Of a DNA stretch of 64,000 nt, positions 39,694-51,361 are shown one piece after another (the stretch's first letter is position 1; every line of letters begins with the position of its first letter). The notes under the pieces were generated by a model. It saw nothing but the letters and a program-made list of their open reading frames with translations. It had not been told where the DNA came from and ran no database searches. Both the position numbers and the translations under genes were made by a program. The DNA is from Felis catus (lineage: Eukaryota), in NCBI RefSeq assembly GCF_018350175.1, contig NC_058368.1:131070001-131134000 (forward strand), written 5' to 3'.

Positions 39694-39987
39694 GATCAGG
39701 AAACCACCACACAATGGAGCAGACAAAGAAGAAATAACACCTAAATGTAATATGGCATTCTTGACTGGATCCTGTAAAAGAAAAGGAGAGGTAGTAGAAA
39801 TACTGATGAAATCAAAATAAAGTCTATAGTTTAATAAATAGCATCGTACCTATGTTATTTTCTTCATTTTGATACTATGCTTATGTGGAATTTTACCATT
39901 AGAGAAAAATGGGTGAAAGCTATAAGGGAATTTTGTGCTATCTTTGCAACTTCTCCATAAATCTAAAATTACTGTAAATCTAAAATA

Positions 39988-40208
39988 TTTTTTAATTTTT
40001 TTAATGTTTTTTATTTATTTTTGAGACAGAGAGAGACAGAGCATAAGCAGGGGAGGGGAAGAGAGAGAGGGAGACACAGAATCGGAAGCAGGCTCCAGGC
40101 TCTGAGCTGTCAGCACAGAGCCCGACACGGGGCTCAAACTCATGGGCCGTGAGACCATGACCTGAGCTGAAGTCAGACGCTTAACCGACTGAGCCACCCA
40201 GGCACCCC
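39988..40208 (-). mobile_element. Can-SINE (felid type)
   Basis: Antisense SINE; TSD tctaaaata (39979-39987 / 40209-40217). Confidence 0.96.
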
Positions 40209-42619
40209 TCTAAAATAGTTTTTTAAAACACTAGGAAGGAAATGACCCCAAGTGGGCTAGGCCAGGTAGCCAGAATGGAGATAAAGCATCTTTAGTCACA
40301 GCATTCACATTTATAGGTTAATGCATAACCTTGACCATAAACACTGGAGATCAAGTTAAGGACAGATATCAAAGTTTCAATAGCCAGTTCTGTGGTCCAT
40401 GTTACCAAAGCAAGTCATGTTGAATAAGAGGCAATTAGAAGGGAGAATGTCACAATATAGTTTAGGAACACAAAACATATGCCCAAGTGTCTTTTTCTGT
40501 GATGTCTGGCAAGGTCTTCACAGGCAGCCATAATGGATTAATGGGTCACATTAACTCACAACCTGAACAATGTAGCTGCTCAGAAAAACTCCACTGTGGA
40601 TTTTATTCCTTCTCACCTCCGTTAGGAAGGACCCTCCTTTCTGTGTGAGCTTCATCTTCCACTTTCTCCAGGCTAGTTTCCCATTACCTCTTTTTTTCCA
40701 GTTTGGAAACATGGGAGTCTTTCCAGTCTCTTCTCTTTGGTGTATTAAGTACTGCTCACTCCACTTGAATGGTCTCACAGCCACCATCATGGCAAACCCT
40801 GTGTCCAGCCAGTAGCTTTGTCCCTGCGTCCAGTCACCAGTCTCTTTGCTTACTCCTTCTTGCTTGAAATAAACTTACTGAAATGCCACCTGTATCTCAT
40901 TTCTCTACTGTTCGAGTAGCTACAATCATTTCCTGACATCTATTCCATTGTGAATTATGGACTCATAATGGAATTTATGAATTCTTCTTAGCTTATCCTA
41001 GATATAATCTTATAACTTTATTCTTTTTAATGTGCAAAGTTTAATTACATCAACTGCTTTACTTCTCCCCTCGTAAGTCATTAATCTCTGCATCCAAGCA
41101 GCTCCTTCTCTTATCTGCTGAATGCAATCCTGCAGCCTTCAAGATCAAGCTCATCTAACTTCATGTAAATGGCAGGGTGAGTCAACTCCCTGGGTCTCTT
41201 TAAATTCTCTACTAAGCTTCTGATGCAAATTGCATCACCTACCCCACTTCCAGTGGCTGATTTGTTTTCCTTTCATTCCATCTAATTGTTTCCTGTGTGT
41301 ACTCTTGTCTCCACAGCTAACAGATTATGGAACTAAATTTTTAATGGATTATAGCTACATATGAAATGCATCCCACATGACAAAAGATATTTGCTTCAGA
41401 GTCTTAAAAGTTATAAGAAACACAATACAAATTTTCTATAGAAATAAAGTATTTCCTATCACTGATAACAGTTTTCATTTTTATATCACAGTTTCACTTC
41501 TATATCACACAAGTTATGAAAATTCATGTCATAAAAAATGTTTTTAAAATCATCTTTAAGCTTACCACAGAAAGGTGAACATTGTTAACTTTAAGGTATA
41601 TATTCAAGACTCTTCATTACTCGTATGTCCAAACGTTTTTTTCATATACTGATATATTGTAACCTGCTTTTCTCAAAACAGTACATGTATATGTATACAT
41701 CATTATATACTATTCTATTATACAGATTACCATAATGAAGTCACCCAAACCCCAATTATTGAAAATTTAACCTTTGTCCAGTTCTTCTGTATTAGCAACA
41801 GTGCTGTAAAGAACATCTCTATAAAACACACTTGATCAGTGGTCTGATTGTTTCCACGGAAGAATTTTCTAAAAGCGGAATTACTGACTTAAAAATAACA
41901 AATATGGAAAGGTTCATGTTATATAACACCAGTTTGTTGTCAGGGAAATTGTACCAATTTACATTTTATTAACTGTACGCTTGAGTGCTCATTGCCATCA
42001 CACTTTCACTAATAATGAATGTTATTTTTTAAAGCACAATAGCCTTTCATGTCATGGTTTTGTCCACTGGTGTATTTCTCAAACTAATTAGCAGAATTAT
42101 GATTTGACTTCTACTCACTGCCCACTTCCCACCCAAGCCTTCAGTGTGGACTTGGACAGATACTTTTCAGAGATTCTATTCAGATAAGTTTTACACAGTT
42201 CTGCTTCTGTCCATCTCCACCGCTACCTTGTTCTACCATCTCCCAAGGTATCGGGGCAACTCCTAACAAAACCTCCTAAGGGGCTTCTCTTAATATTCCC
42301 ACCCACCTATGGTAGTCCATCTACTGGACAGCTGCCACAGAAATCCTTCTACAATGTACAGCACATACAAGGTCATAGCAGACCTTGAATCAAGCAGAAC
42401 AAGGTCAAGTGAGACCTTGAAAAAATTCAAGGTCCTACTTGCTGAACTTGGGCCTCTGACTCATGGTGAATCCTAATTTTCAGGAACCTAAAATTTGTGC
42501 AACTTGGTGGGCCCAATTCAAGAAAAATAATGCAAAATTAGGTTCAGGGTCTTGCAAGAATTGATACAGTTGAGGGACCCTGAAGCTAACACTTTGCTAC
42601 CTTTTGTAGTGAAGTGGCC

Positions 42620-43120
42620 TATGCTTTGATCTCACATCTACCAACTTTCTCCTTCCTTTACTCTTCTTCAGCTACACTGGACTTCTCTGATTCTTTTTAG
42701 CCTTTGCACTCATTATTGCATTTGCCCAAAGGGCTATTTCTCCAAATCTTCCTATGGCAGATTCGTTTCTATTATTCAGATCTCAGCTCTACTTTCATCT
42801 CAAAGAGAGATCTTTCCTGACATAATAAAATAAAATACAGCTCCCTGCCACCACTGCTAAGGCCCCCCTCCCAGGAATCCTCTTCTCATAATATTCTATT
42901 TTTCTTTTTACAGTTTTATCAGTATTTAAAAGTATCTTGTTTATTTATTCATTAATTTGTGAATTGCATCTCCCCACACTAGTTCACATTAGAGCAAAGA
43001 TTGTGTCAATACTTTGATCTCTGGTGCCTAAAAAATGTGGGACAAATTATATGCATTCAGTAAATATTTCTAAACAAAGTGAGTAAAAGGATGGATGGAT
43101 GGATGGATGAGTGGATGGAT
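42620..43120 (+). mobile_element. L2 3' end with (GGAT)n tail
   Basis: cagctacactggacttct..gcctttgcact..ttcagatctcagctc..tctccccacactag..gtgccta..attcagtaaatattt followed by (GGAT)n. Confidence 0.7.
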
Positions 43121-43583
43121 ATCTGGTTGGCTTGTTGGATGAAGTCATTATATACTAGACATGTAGATATCTCAGATTTGGTACTATTCCTCTGACTTTT
43201 TTCAGAAACTCTTCAAAATACCTAGCCTGCCAATGGTACCTTTACCTCTTTACCCCCACTGATATAATCTATGTGGGGTTTTTTTTCTCTTTTTCTCTTT
43301 TTTATTGATTGTAGAAGGAATTTAGGAAAGGTGAAAAATGTGGGAACTTAGCCAATTATCAGAAACTAGAAAATTCTTGTACAGCTTTAAAGTTTTCCAT
43401 TTTTAATTTAAACAAATAAGATGGGAGGGATGATGGAAACAATCAACAACAACTTTTAACATCAAATTTATTAGGAGTATAGGATGGCAAATTATATGTA
43501 TAGGACAAATTATATGCACTCGGTAAATATTTCTAAACAGAGTAAGTAAAATGATGGATGGATGGATGGATGGATGGACAGAT

Positions 43584-43634
43584 GGATGAATGCTAATTTT
43601 GTTGAAGTATATACTTCAACAAAAGCATTCATCC
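43584..43634. repeat. Fold-back inverted repeat (28-bp perfect palindrome with 10-bp outer arms)
   Basis: ggatgaatgc-taa-ttttgttgaagtat|atacttcaacaaaa-gcattcatcc; perfect core 43597-43624. Confidence 0.95.
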
Positions 43635-44824
43635 TGCTACAGTACATGGTCTAATCATCTAACTTATGACTAGTTCTACATTTCCCTCAAAGAATATAAT
43701 TTGGTCAAATAATAAGCATTTTTAAATACATTCCTATAACAATGATGACAGACTAAATAACTTGTTTCACCTGAGTCCACATCTCTAAATAGCTTTTAAA
43801 GACAGAGTTACCAAAATTCTAGGACAGCAGAAGATCAAAATTGTATTAGTGCAAAAAAAAAAAATAAAATAAAATAAAACCCATCAACCTATCACCCTGC
43901 TTTTTATTGATATTTCCAGTTTGTTCTTGGGTTATTTCACGGATCAATCATCTTCTTCATCCTATACCTACAAGAATGTGGTTTGTCATTAACAAACTTG
44001 GATTTGAAAACTTCTTTGTCCTTCTATAAATGTGATTTCTGCACTATGGATACACCTCTCCCTCCCGACAAAGCAGTCGATGTTCTAACATTGGTAGGGT
44101 CTTGTTCTGGTTTACAGGGGACAGCGCTAACCATTTCATCCCATTTTTAACTCTCACAAGATCCAAACTGATCCATTTGTATGGTGTACATATCTGAAAT
44201 ATTGATCACTTTGTGAGTACATTTACAGTTAGTTTCTATTTATGCTAAGTTCTAAGTTGTTCCCTCAAAAACTAACTTAGTCACGGGCATCCTCTGGAAG
44301 TCACTCAGTAAATTAGGGATAGTGCCAAAAGCTCTTTATAATTCTGCGTGACTTCTTCAGCCAATGCTGTGCTGGTTTCCAGAAGGCTCCCTGGGGTAAG
44401 CAGAGACCAAGAGTGAAGTTTTATCAGCCTTTTCTCTTTATTTCCCAAAGGGTAGATAGTATCCCAAATGTCATATACTCCTCTGTAAAGTCTCAGACCC
44501 ATAAAGGTATCATCATGAACCACACACATCTTGACATAGGATGAGGTTTCGGAGGTGCCATTAGTTATTCTCTAACCTCTTTGTATTCCTGGTTTTCTGT
44601 ATTTTAGAATCATCCTTTGGGTTTTCTTTGTTTGCTTTGGTAATAGAAATCTCTGAGGCCTGACTCTCGGCCTAAGTAATCAGAATCTCCAGGTGGGGGT
44701 GCAGTCATTCATATACAGGAATCCCCCACTTTGGCATTACACCAATTCACTTTTATGGAAGACCTACATTCGTACCTGTTCTCACCAACTGAAGAAATCT
44801 GAAGAGGATTTTCGCTTTTACAAA

Positions 44825-44863
44825 AAGAAGAAGAAGAAGACGAAGAAGAAGAAGAAGAAGAAG
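44825..44863 (+). repeat. (GAA)n microsatellite with one GAC interruption
   Basis: Direct reading. Confidence 0.95.
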
Positions 44864-45307
44864 AGTGGAAGGAAATCACATTCAGCATTTGTTTTGAGGC
44901 AAGCCCTTACAGAGGCAGCGTGCACCTGAACAGTGACAGTGGCGCCACCAAGCTCCTTCCTGGGAAAACTACATTCAGAATCTGAGCATCCAGCTGCCAT
45001 AGCTTTGAACTGTGTCCATGAGCAGCTGTGCTTCGTCTCGATTTATTTTGTACATCTGTTAGCAAGCGTGTCTGCCCTAAGTGCTGAGAGAAGCCTGAGC
45101 GGTTACTATTGGGGGGTCTGAGAATGCTTGGAAATGTTTCTATATAAATTAATGGTAATTGCTTCTTCACTTTATGCCTTTCAGTTTAGGAAAGTCATCA
45201 TAGGAACTCTCCACTTTCAGATAGCAGGGGAAACCTGTATTTAAAAGCTTCCCTGGTCATTCAAGTTAGCCAGGATTAAGAACAACGATTAGAATGTAAA
45301 TACTCAA

Positions 45308-45501
45308 GGGGCACTCGGGTGGCTCAGTTGGTTAAGCATCTGACTGTGGTTCAGGTCATGAACTCAAGGGTCATAAGTTGAAGGCCCATATCTGGCTCTT
45401 TCGGCAGAGCCCACTTCTGATCCTCTGACCCCCTCTTTCTGCCCCTCCCCTTCTTGTGCTCTCTCTCACTCAAAAATAAATGAAATAAACATTAAAGAAA
45501 A
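45308..45501 (+). mobile_element. Older Can-SINE
   Basis: ggggcactcgggtggctcag head; TSD agaatgtaaatactcaa / agaatgtaagtgctcaa. Confidence 0.92.
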
Positions 45502-47215
45502 AGAATGTAAGTGCTCAAAACAACCCCTCCATCTTCAACACACTACTTCAGTGGATGACTTTGGGAGTTTTGATCACAACTCACTTCCTAGCCATTCTGC
45601 TAAATAAATAGCAGTTTATGCTAAATAAATTGCCGTTATGGAATCATTTCACCCCTGATTTTCCTCATCCCCATACCTTTCTCTCAGCATTCTGCCCACC
45701 TCTCGCTAAGCTGGAATTTTTTCTCCTTTATATTTGGACATGGACAGCTCTCATCACTGATAGCCCTTCCTGTCTGCTGCTAGGCAACCTTCATCTCCCC
45801 ATGGGTACTCTAGGATTTACCCCAATCTATAGCCAAACTAACAAATGTTTAAGTGCAGAAAACTGTATGAAGACTCCGCGTCTCTCTGGTGTATCCACAG
45901 GGCTGTATACCCAGCAGAAATATCATCAGTATATATATTAAGAACAAATCCTTACTCCCATCTGTATACCCTAAATTTCAGGAAACTTTTCATTGAGAAA
46001 CGAGTGAGTTGATCATGTAGGATGGATGGCTTTGTAACTTTGCTCTATGCATCCAATTTCAAAAATGTGTACAAGTTGTTGGAACGCATTCAAATAAAAT
46101 GTATTCTAAATGGTTAATATTTATATGCAGATCCTTTAGATGACAGCTCTACTTCATTTAAAATTCATTACCCCAAGTATTAAAACAGAAGATACTATTT
46201 CATAACAATAGCAGTTTCCAAGCAAAAATGGAAAGGTAGTAGTTCCCGACCAGAATAACACAAGAGGAGCAAATCTGTGACGGAAAGGACGGTGGATTTC
46301 TCCTCCAGGTTAAATATTCTGAAAGCCACAGACCCCATTATCCAAGGTTAACATCACAGTTATTAGGCAGTAATGCTTCTTCCATTTCTCATTTGAATCT
46401 CTACCCTGACTGATGGCATTCTGTGATAAAAGCACTTATTATTCAATAGCTAAAAGAGGAGCCAGCTCTGCAGAGGGAGAACACGGAACGGCTGTACTGC
46501 TCAGGAAAAGGCTCAGCTGTCTCGGTTTCAGCAAGGCTGAATTTACAGGATGACTTTGAAATTCACTTCCCTTACAACTATGACTAATGCTAAATATAAA
46601 CTTAGCGATAATACAAATGAATTCTATGTCAATAAAAATACATTTAATTAAAATGATCTGAGATGATGCAGTGTTTAATAATAACATGAATGGTGACCTT
46701 ATTCCTCTTGGATTTTTCATATTACTGAGGAGACAGGAGAAGGGGAGTAAGACAGAACAGGCCTTTTTGTACATGAGCACTGAGAGCCTGGCTTCCTCCT
46801 GGAAACATAAAAATCTGCCTCTTCATTCCACCCTTACCATTATATTGGTAGATATATTTGTGTCTTGGAGGCTTTAGGGCTCTGTGGGCAGGGAACCGAA
46901 TCACTAACCAGTCATGTAAACGTAAGGTGATCACTTAAATTCCCTGTGTCTGTTTTGCAACTATAAAAAGACATATTTATTTGAATGCTCTTCCATTTCT
47001 ACATCCCAGGGATGGAAGAAGAATTATATGACATGCTGAGTGTAAAAGCTGCTACAAAATTAACAAGCATTACAAAAACAAGGTGGAGTTTATGGCATTT
47101 TTAATCTGGGGCTCTTCCGGAAGGCATGGACCATGTCTTTGCTGGCCATAAAAGTTTCTCAAAATTTTTTTTCTCCATAACATAAAAAGGTGATCATATC
47201 CCCATTCATTTAGAT

Positions 47216-47423
47216 CAAGGGTTCCCAATCTGGGCACTAGTGATATCTGAAGCCATATTTAGTTGTGGGGGCCATCCTGTGCACCGTGGCATGTTTAGTA
47301 ATATCTCTGGTCTCTACCTACTAGATTCCAGTGGTACCCCTTCAGTAGAAATAATGAAGAATGTTTCCAGACACTGCCAAACGTGGAGGGGGTAGGCAAA
47401 TAACTCCCAGTTGAGGACCACAG
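47216..47423. mobile_element. hAT-Charlie MITE, MER20-like (opposite orientation to 23081 copy)
   Basis: caagggttcccaatct..ttgtgggggccatcctgtgcac..tctctacctactagattccagtgg..tccagacactgccaaa..cccagttgaggaccac. Confidence 0.85.
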
Positions 47424-50393
47424 ACTTATATCCTATTTTAAACATGTGGGCATAAAAATTATTTTGTTAAAAGTACATCATTCTTTATAAGATATTCTTA
47501 AGTGTTGCAAATAATAAATTGTATGTGTACCTATAAAAATGTCCTTGAAAAAAATCAGCGATGATGCTATCAAACCCATTATTACTACACTAAATGTTAT
47601 TAAAATAAGGTTAAAAAGGTGGGAGTCATACAAAAAGAAGCAGCATCAAAAGTTACACAACGAAAAACTATCAAGGTAAGAGCACAATATTAGAAATACA
47701 TGTCAATTAATTATTTGAGTGTGATCAGATACCATATCATCAGAGCTTAAAAGCAAAATAAGAAACAGATAATTAGGTCAATTTAATCTCCTTTGTAAAT
47801 TGCTAAAGGAAAAATTGCGATGTCAGCAGATGATACCAATCAAATGTGTGTCTGAGATGATCAAGGCTTAATTATTTAACAATGAAGAATGAGAACAATA
47901 GCCCATACTCAACGTTTTCTGAATTTCACAGTTGGTTCTTAAAGTCCCTATTATTTGATGACACTCTGTCAGGGCTGAAATGTAACAAATGAAAAAAAAA
48001 TCATTTCCTCACATTTTATGGTTTTTATTACTGTTGCTTTGGCAGCTAAAGTATACCAGCCATCTGGTTCCTCTGGAGAGGCTTAAGAGTGGTAACAGTG
48101 TGGTCCACTGTGAAAAGCATCATGAACTGAAAGCAATGATAATCTCCACCACCCTGCTAGAGCCAAAGATTAGGATGCAAGGGAGACAGAGGGTGAGAGA
48201 GACAACTTCAAGGTCAGGCAAAGGCAAAGCAAAGGCAGAAAGAGAAGAAGGTTGATGGCACATTTTCTAGTATTTTACTAGTTACCAAGCTCATTCTTAA
48301 GTCTTATTAAATATATTATTTCTTTAAAATAAAAGCTCTATTTTATGGGCAATAAGAGTTGATAAATGTCCTCTTATTTCCCCCTCAGACATTGAAAAAG
48401 TTGTTAAAAGCAACTGAATAAGTCTAACTGCTACCTGTCTTCTGTTTCATGCAATTAAAACGTAAGGGTATTAAATCTAATATTAGATACAATTTTTCTC
48501 CCTGTTCTACAACTTGAAAACCAATGAATGACAAGCTCTGCCTTGAGTTAAAATTCAATAACATTTGTTAATTAGGTATTCTGTAACAGACCTTTTGCTA
48601 AATATCTCCAGATATCACCTTGTTAAATCTTAGCACAAGGTTAGGAGACATTGATTACGTTGTGAGAAGTATACTTGAATACGGGGATATCTTTTGCCAT
48701 AGGACGTTGATTTAATAGTGGTAGTCAAGACTGAATAAAAGGGGGAGAAGTGGATGAGAAGACGGAATGTAAGACAATTTAGGAAGCTAGGGGAGGACCC
48801 AAGATTGTGGAAGAGCGTGGAAGTTTTTTTGCATCTTGTGTCCATGAACTACAGCCAGATCAACACTAAACCATCCTGCACCCCTAGAAAACTGATTTGA
48901 GTATTAACACAATCATCTGCACAACCCGAACCACAGAACTCAGCAGGTACGTGGTTAGGAGAGGTGAACTAGGGGAGCGAGAAGTCATGGAGGGCAGGGA
49001 GATGTTTTTGCTTGCAGAGAGAGGACAGAGATGGGGGAGAGTATGGGAAAATCACCCCCTCCCCCAAAGGAGCTGGAAAGGAAATGGAACTGAAAGGAGT
49101 GGAAACAGCCACAGGGACTGAACTAAAAAGGTAGAAAGGAGAAAGGAGAGGGCTTAAATTCCATTAAGACTCAATAAACAGGGGGAGCACAGAGTCTGAA
49201 ACTCTGTAGCTTGATACCTGGTGGTGCTCTGGTGTGAAGGGCAAATCCCCAGGAGCAGACTGGAGTCCTGGGGTCTTCGGGCCAGATGGGGAGAGGTGGT
49301 TCCCCCGCTGGAAGGCCATCTGGTAGAGGCCGTGTGGCCACCCCATAGACAAAGATCTCAGTGAACCAGGGAGAACAACCACATTCTCTGGTGGTGGAAC
49401 AAGGTCATTGGGGGTGAAGCCTGGTGACAGATGTGTGCTGTGATTTTCCATAATCCCTGAAATGCTGCTGCTACATGATCACATGAACTTTTTCTGGAGT
49501 GGGCTGGCACCCAGCTGCAGTCTCTGGACATCAGCAGCAGCACGGTCCCAAGAATGCTCCTGGGCGTGGCCAGCACCCATCCATTGCTCCGTGAGACCCT
49601 GCCACAAAGGGGAAGAATGGGTCAAAGCCACAGTCTGTCAGAAGTAAGGGATCGGGAAAAACGGCCGCATCTGAAATAAAACTCAGGAGGGAGGTGCTGC
49701 CTGGGGCTTGGTCACAGACAGTGTAAAAGCAGGGAGTGGATGGATGCTGAAGACAAAGGAATGGTGCGCGATTGCTGACTGGGGAGAACAGAGTTCCAAT
49801 ACTAGAGACTGGGTAGCAGGATGATGCCATTTTCACCGCTCTTGTGCATGCGCATACACACCTACAAGTGCCACAACAATCCACCCCAGTAAGCTAAGCA
49901 GTGCCATCTAGTGGAGAACGGAACCATTACACTAAGCTCCACCCAACTGGACCAACCTCGCTCTTCAGGAATGCAAATCCCTCTACCTGCTTAGTTTATG
50001 GAATATGTAGCGCTTCATGGTTTGACTTCTAGGGAAAAAACGAGGTAAATTCAATCGTATTTCAGTCTGTTCACTGGTCCATCTATTCAATTTTCTTTTT
50101 TTTTTTCAAATTTTCATTTCCTTTCTTTTTCTTAAATACAGAAAGAGAATAAAAATTTTTATTTTAAATTTATATTAAAATATTTTTCTTTAATTTTTTC
50201 TACTCTTTTACTTTTCTGTAAATTATTTCAAATTCTATTTTACTTCAATCATTTCATCTTAGTCTACTCCAGGGTATTCATTTTTTCAAATTTTCAAATG
50301 ATTTCCTTTTTTTTCCTCCTTTTTTCTCTAATCTATCAAGCCACTTCCAACACCCAGACCAAAATACACCTAGGATTTATCATCATCTATTTG

Positions 50394-50424
<31 letters not shown>

Positions 50425-50480
50425 TGTTTTTAATTTTTTAATTTTAATTTTTTTACCTCACTAATTCCTTCTCCATCAAA

Positions 50481-51361
50481 ATGATGAAATGAAAGAATTC
50501 ACCCCAAAAGAAAGAGCAGGAAGTAACAACAGCCAGGGACTTAACCAACACAGATACAAGCAAGATGTCTGAACCAGAATTTAGAATCATGATAATAAGA
50601 ATACTAGCTGGAATCTAAAATAGACTAGAATCCCTTTCTGAGGAGATAAAAGAAGTAAAAGCTAGTCAAGATGAAATAAAAAATGCTATAACTGAGCTGC
50701 AATCTACATGGATGCCATGGCGGCAAGGATGGATGAGGCAGATCAGAGATTCAGTGATAGAGAGGACAAACTTATGGAGAATAATGAAGTAGAAAAAAAA
50801 GAGGGAGACTAAGGCAAAAGAGTACAATTTAAGAATTAGAGAAATCAGTGACTCATTAAAAAGGAACAATATCAGAATCATAGGGGTCCAGAAGAGGAAG
50901 AGAGAGGAAAAGGGGTAGAAAGGCTATGTCAGCAAATCATAGCAGAAAACTTTCCTAACCTGGGGAAAGACAATCATCAAAATCCAGAAGCACAGAGAAC
51001 GCCCATTAGATTCAACAAAAACCAACCATCAACAAGACATATCATAGTCAAATTTACAAAATACTCAGGCAAGGAAAGAATCATGAAAGCAGCAAGCGAA
51101 AAAAAAAAAAGACCTTAACCTACAAGGGAAGACAGATCAGTACTGCAACAGACCTATCTACAGAAATTTGCCAAGCCAGAAAAGAGTGGCAGGATATATT
51201 CAATGTGCTGAAACAGAAAAATATGCAGACAGAATTCTTATCTAGGAAGTCTGTCATTCAAAAAAAAAGGAGAGATTAAAAGTTTGCCAGACAAAGAAAA
51301 ATTAAAGGCGTTTGTGACCACTAAACAAGCCCAGCAAGAAAGTTTAAGGGGGACTCCCTGA
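50481..51361 (+). pseudogene. L1 ORF1 remnant
   Basis: ATG ATG AAA TGA AAG AAT TCA CCC CAA AAG (early stop, probably CpG decay); LKRNNIRIIG, IIAENFPNLGK, RHIIVKF motifs; ends ..GTP* at 51359-51361; several frameshifts. Confidence 0.9.

Larger units (their letters stand above)
35345..39975 (+). mobile_element. Ancient L1M (L1MB/L1MC-like) remnant: ORF2 with large internal deletion plus long 3'UTR; hosts younger insertions
   Basis: ORF2 start motif (atgaatggtctaaacacaccaataaaa), EN remnants, jump at ~36035 into pre-RT sequence (gaaggaacactttccaac), RT (tcaatagatgaaggaaaagcatatga), C-terminal and L1MC-like 3' sequences; interrupted by an L1 3' tail (~37295-37420) and two SINEs. Confidence 0.85.

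Noticed and set aside
44305..44392. Minus-strand coding exon (GSLLETSTALAEEVTQNYKELL)
   Set aside because: Acceptor plausible but donor weak, stops in all frames by the end, no protein recognised.
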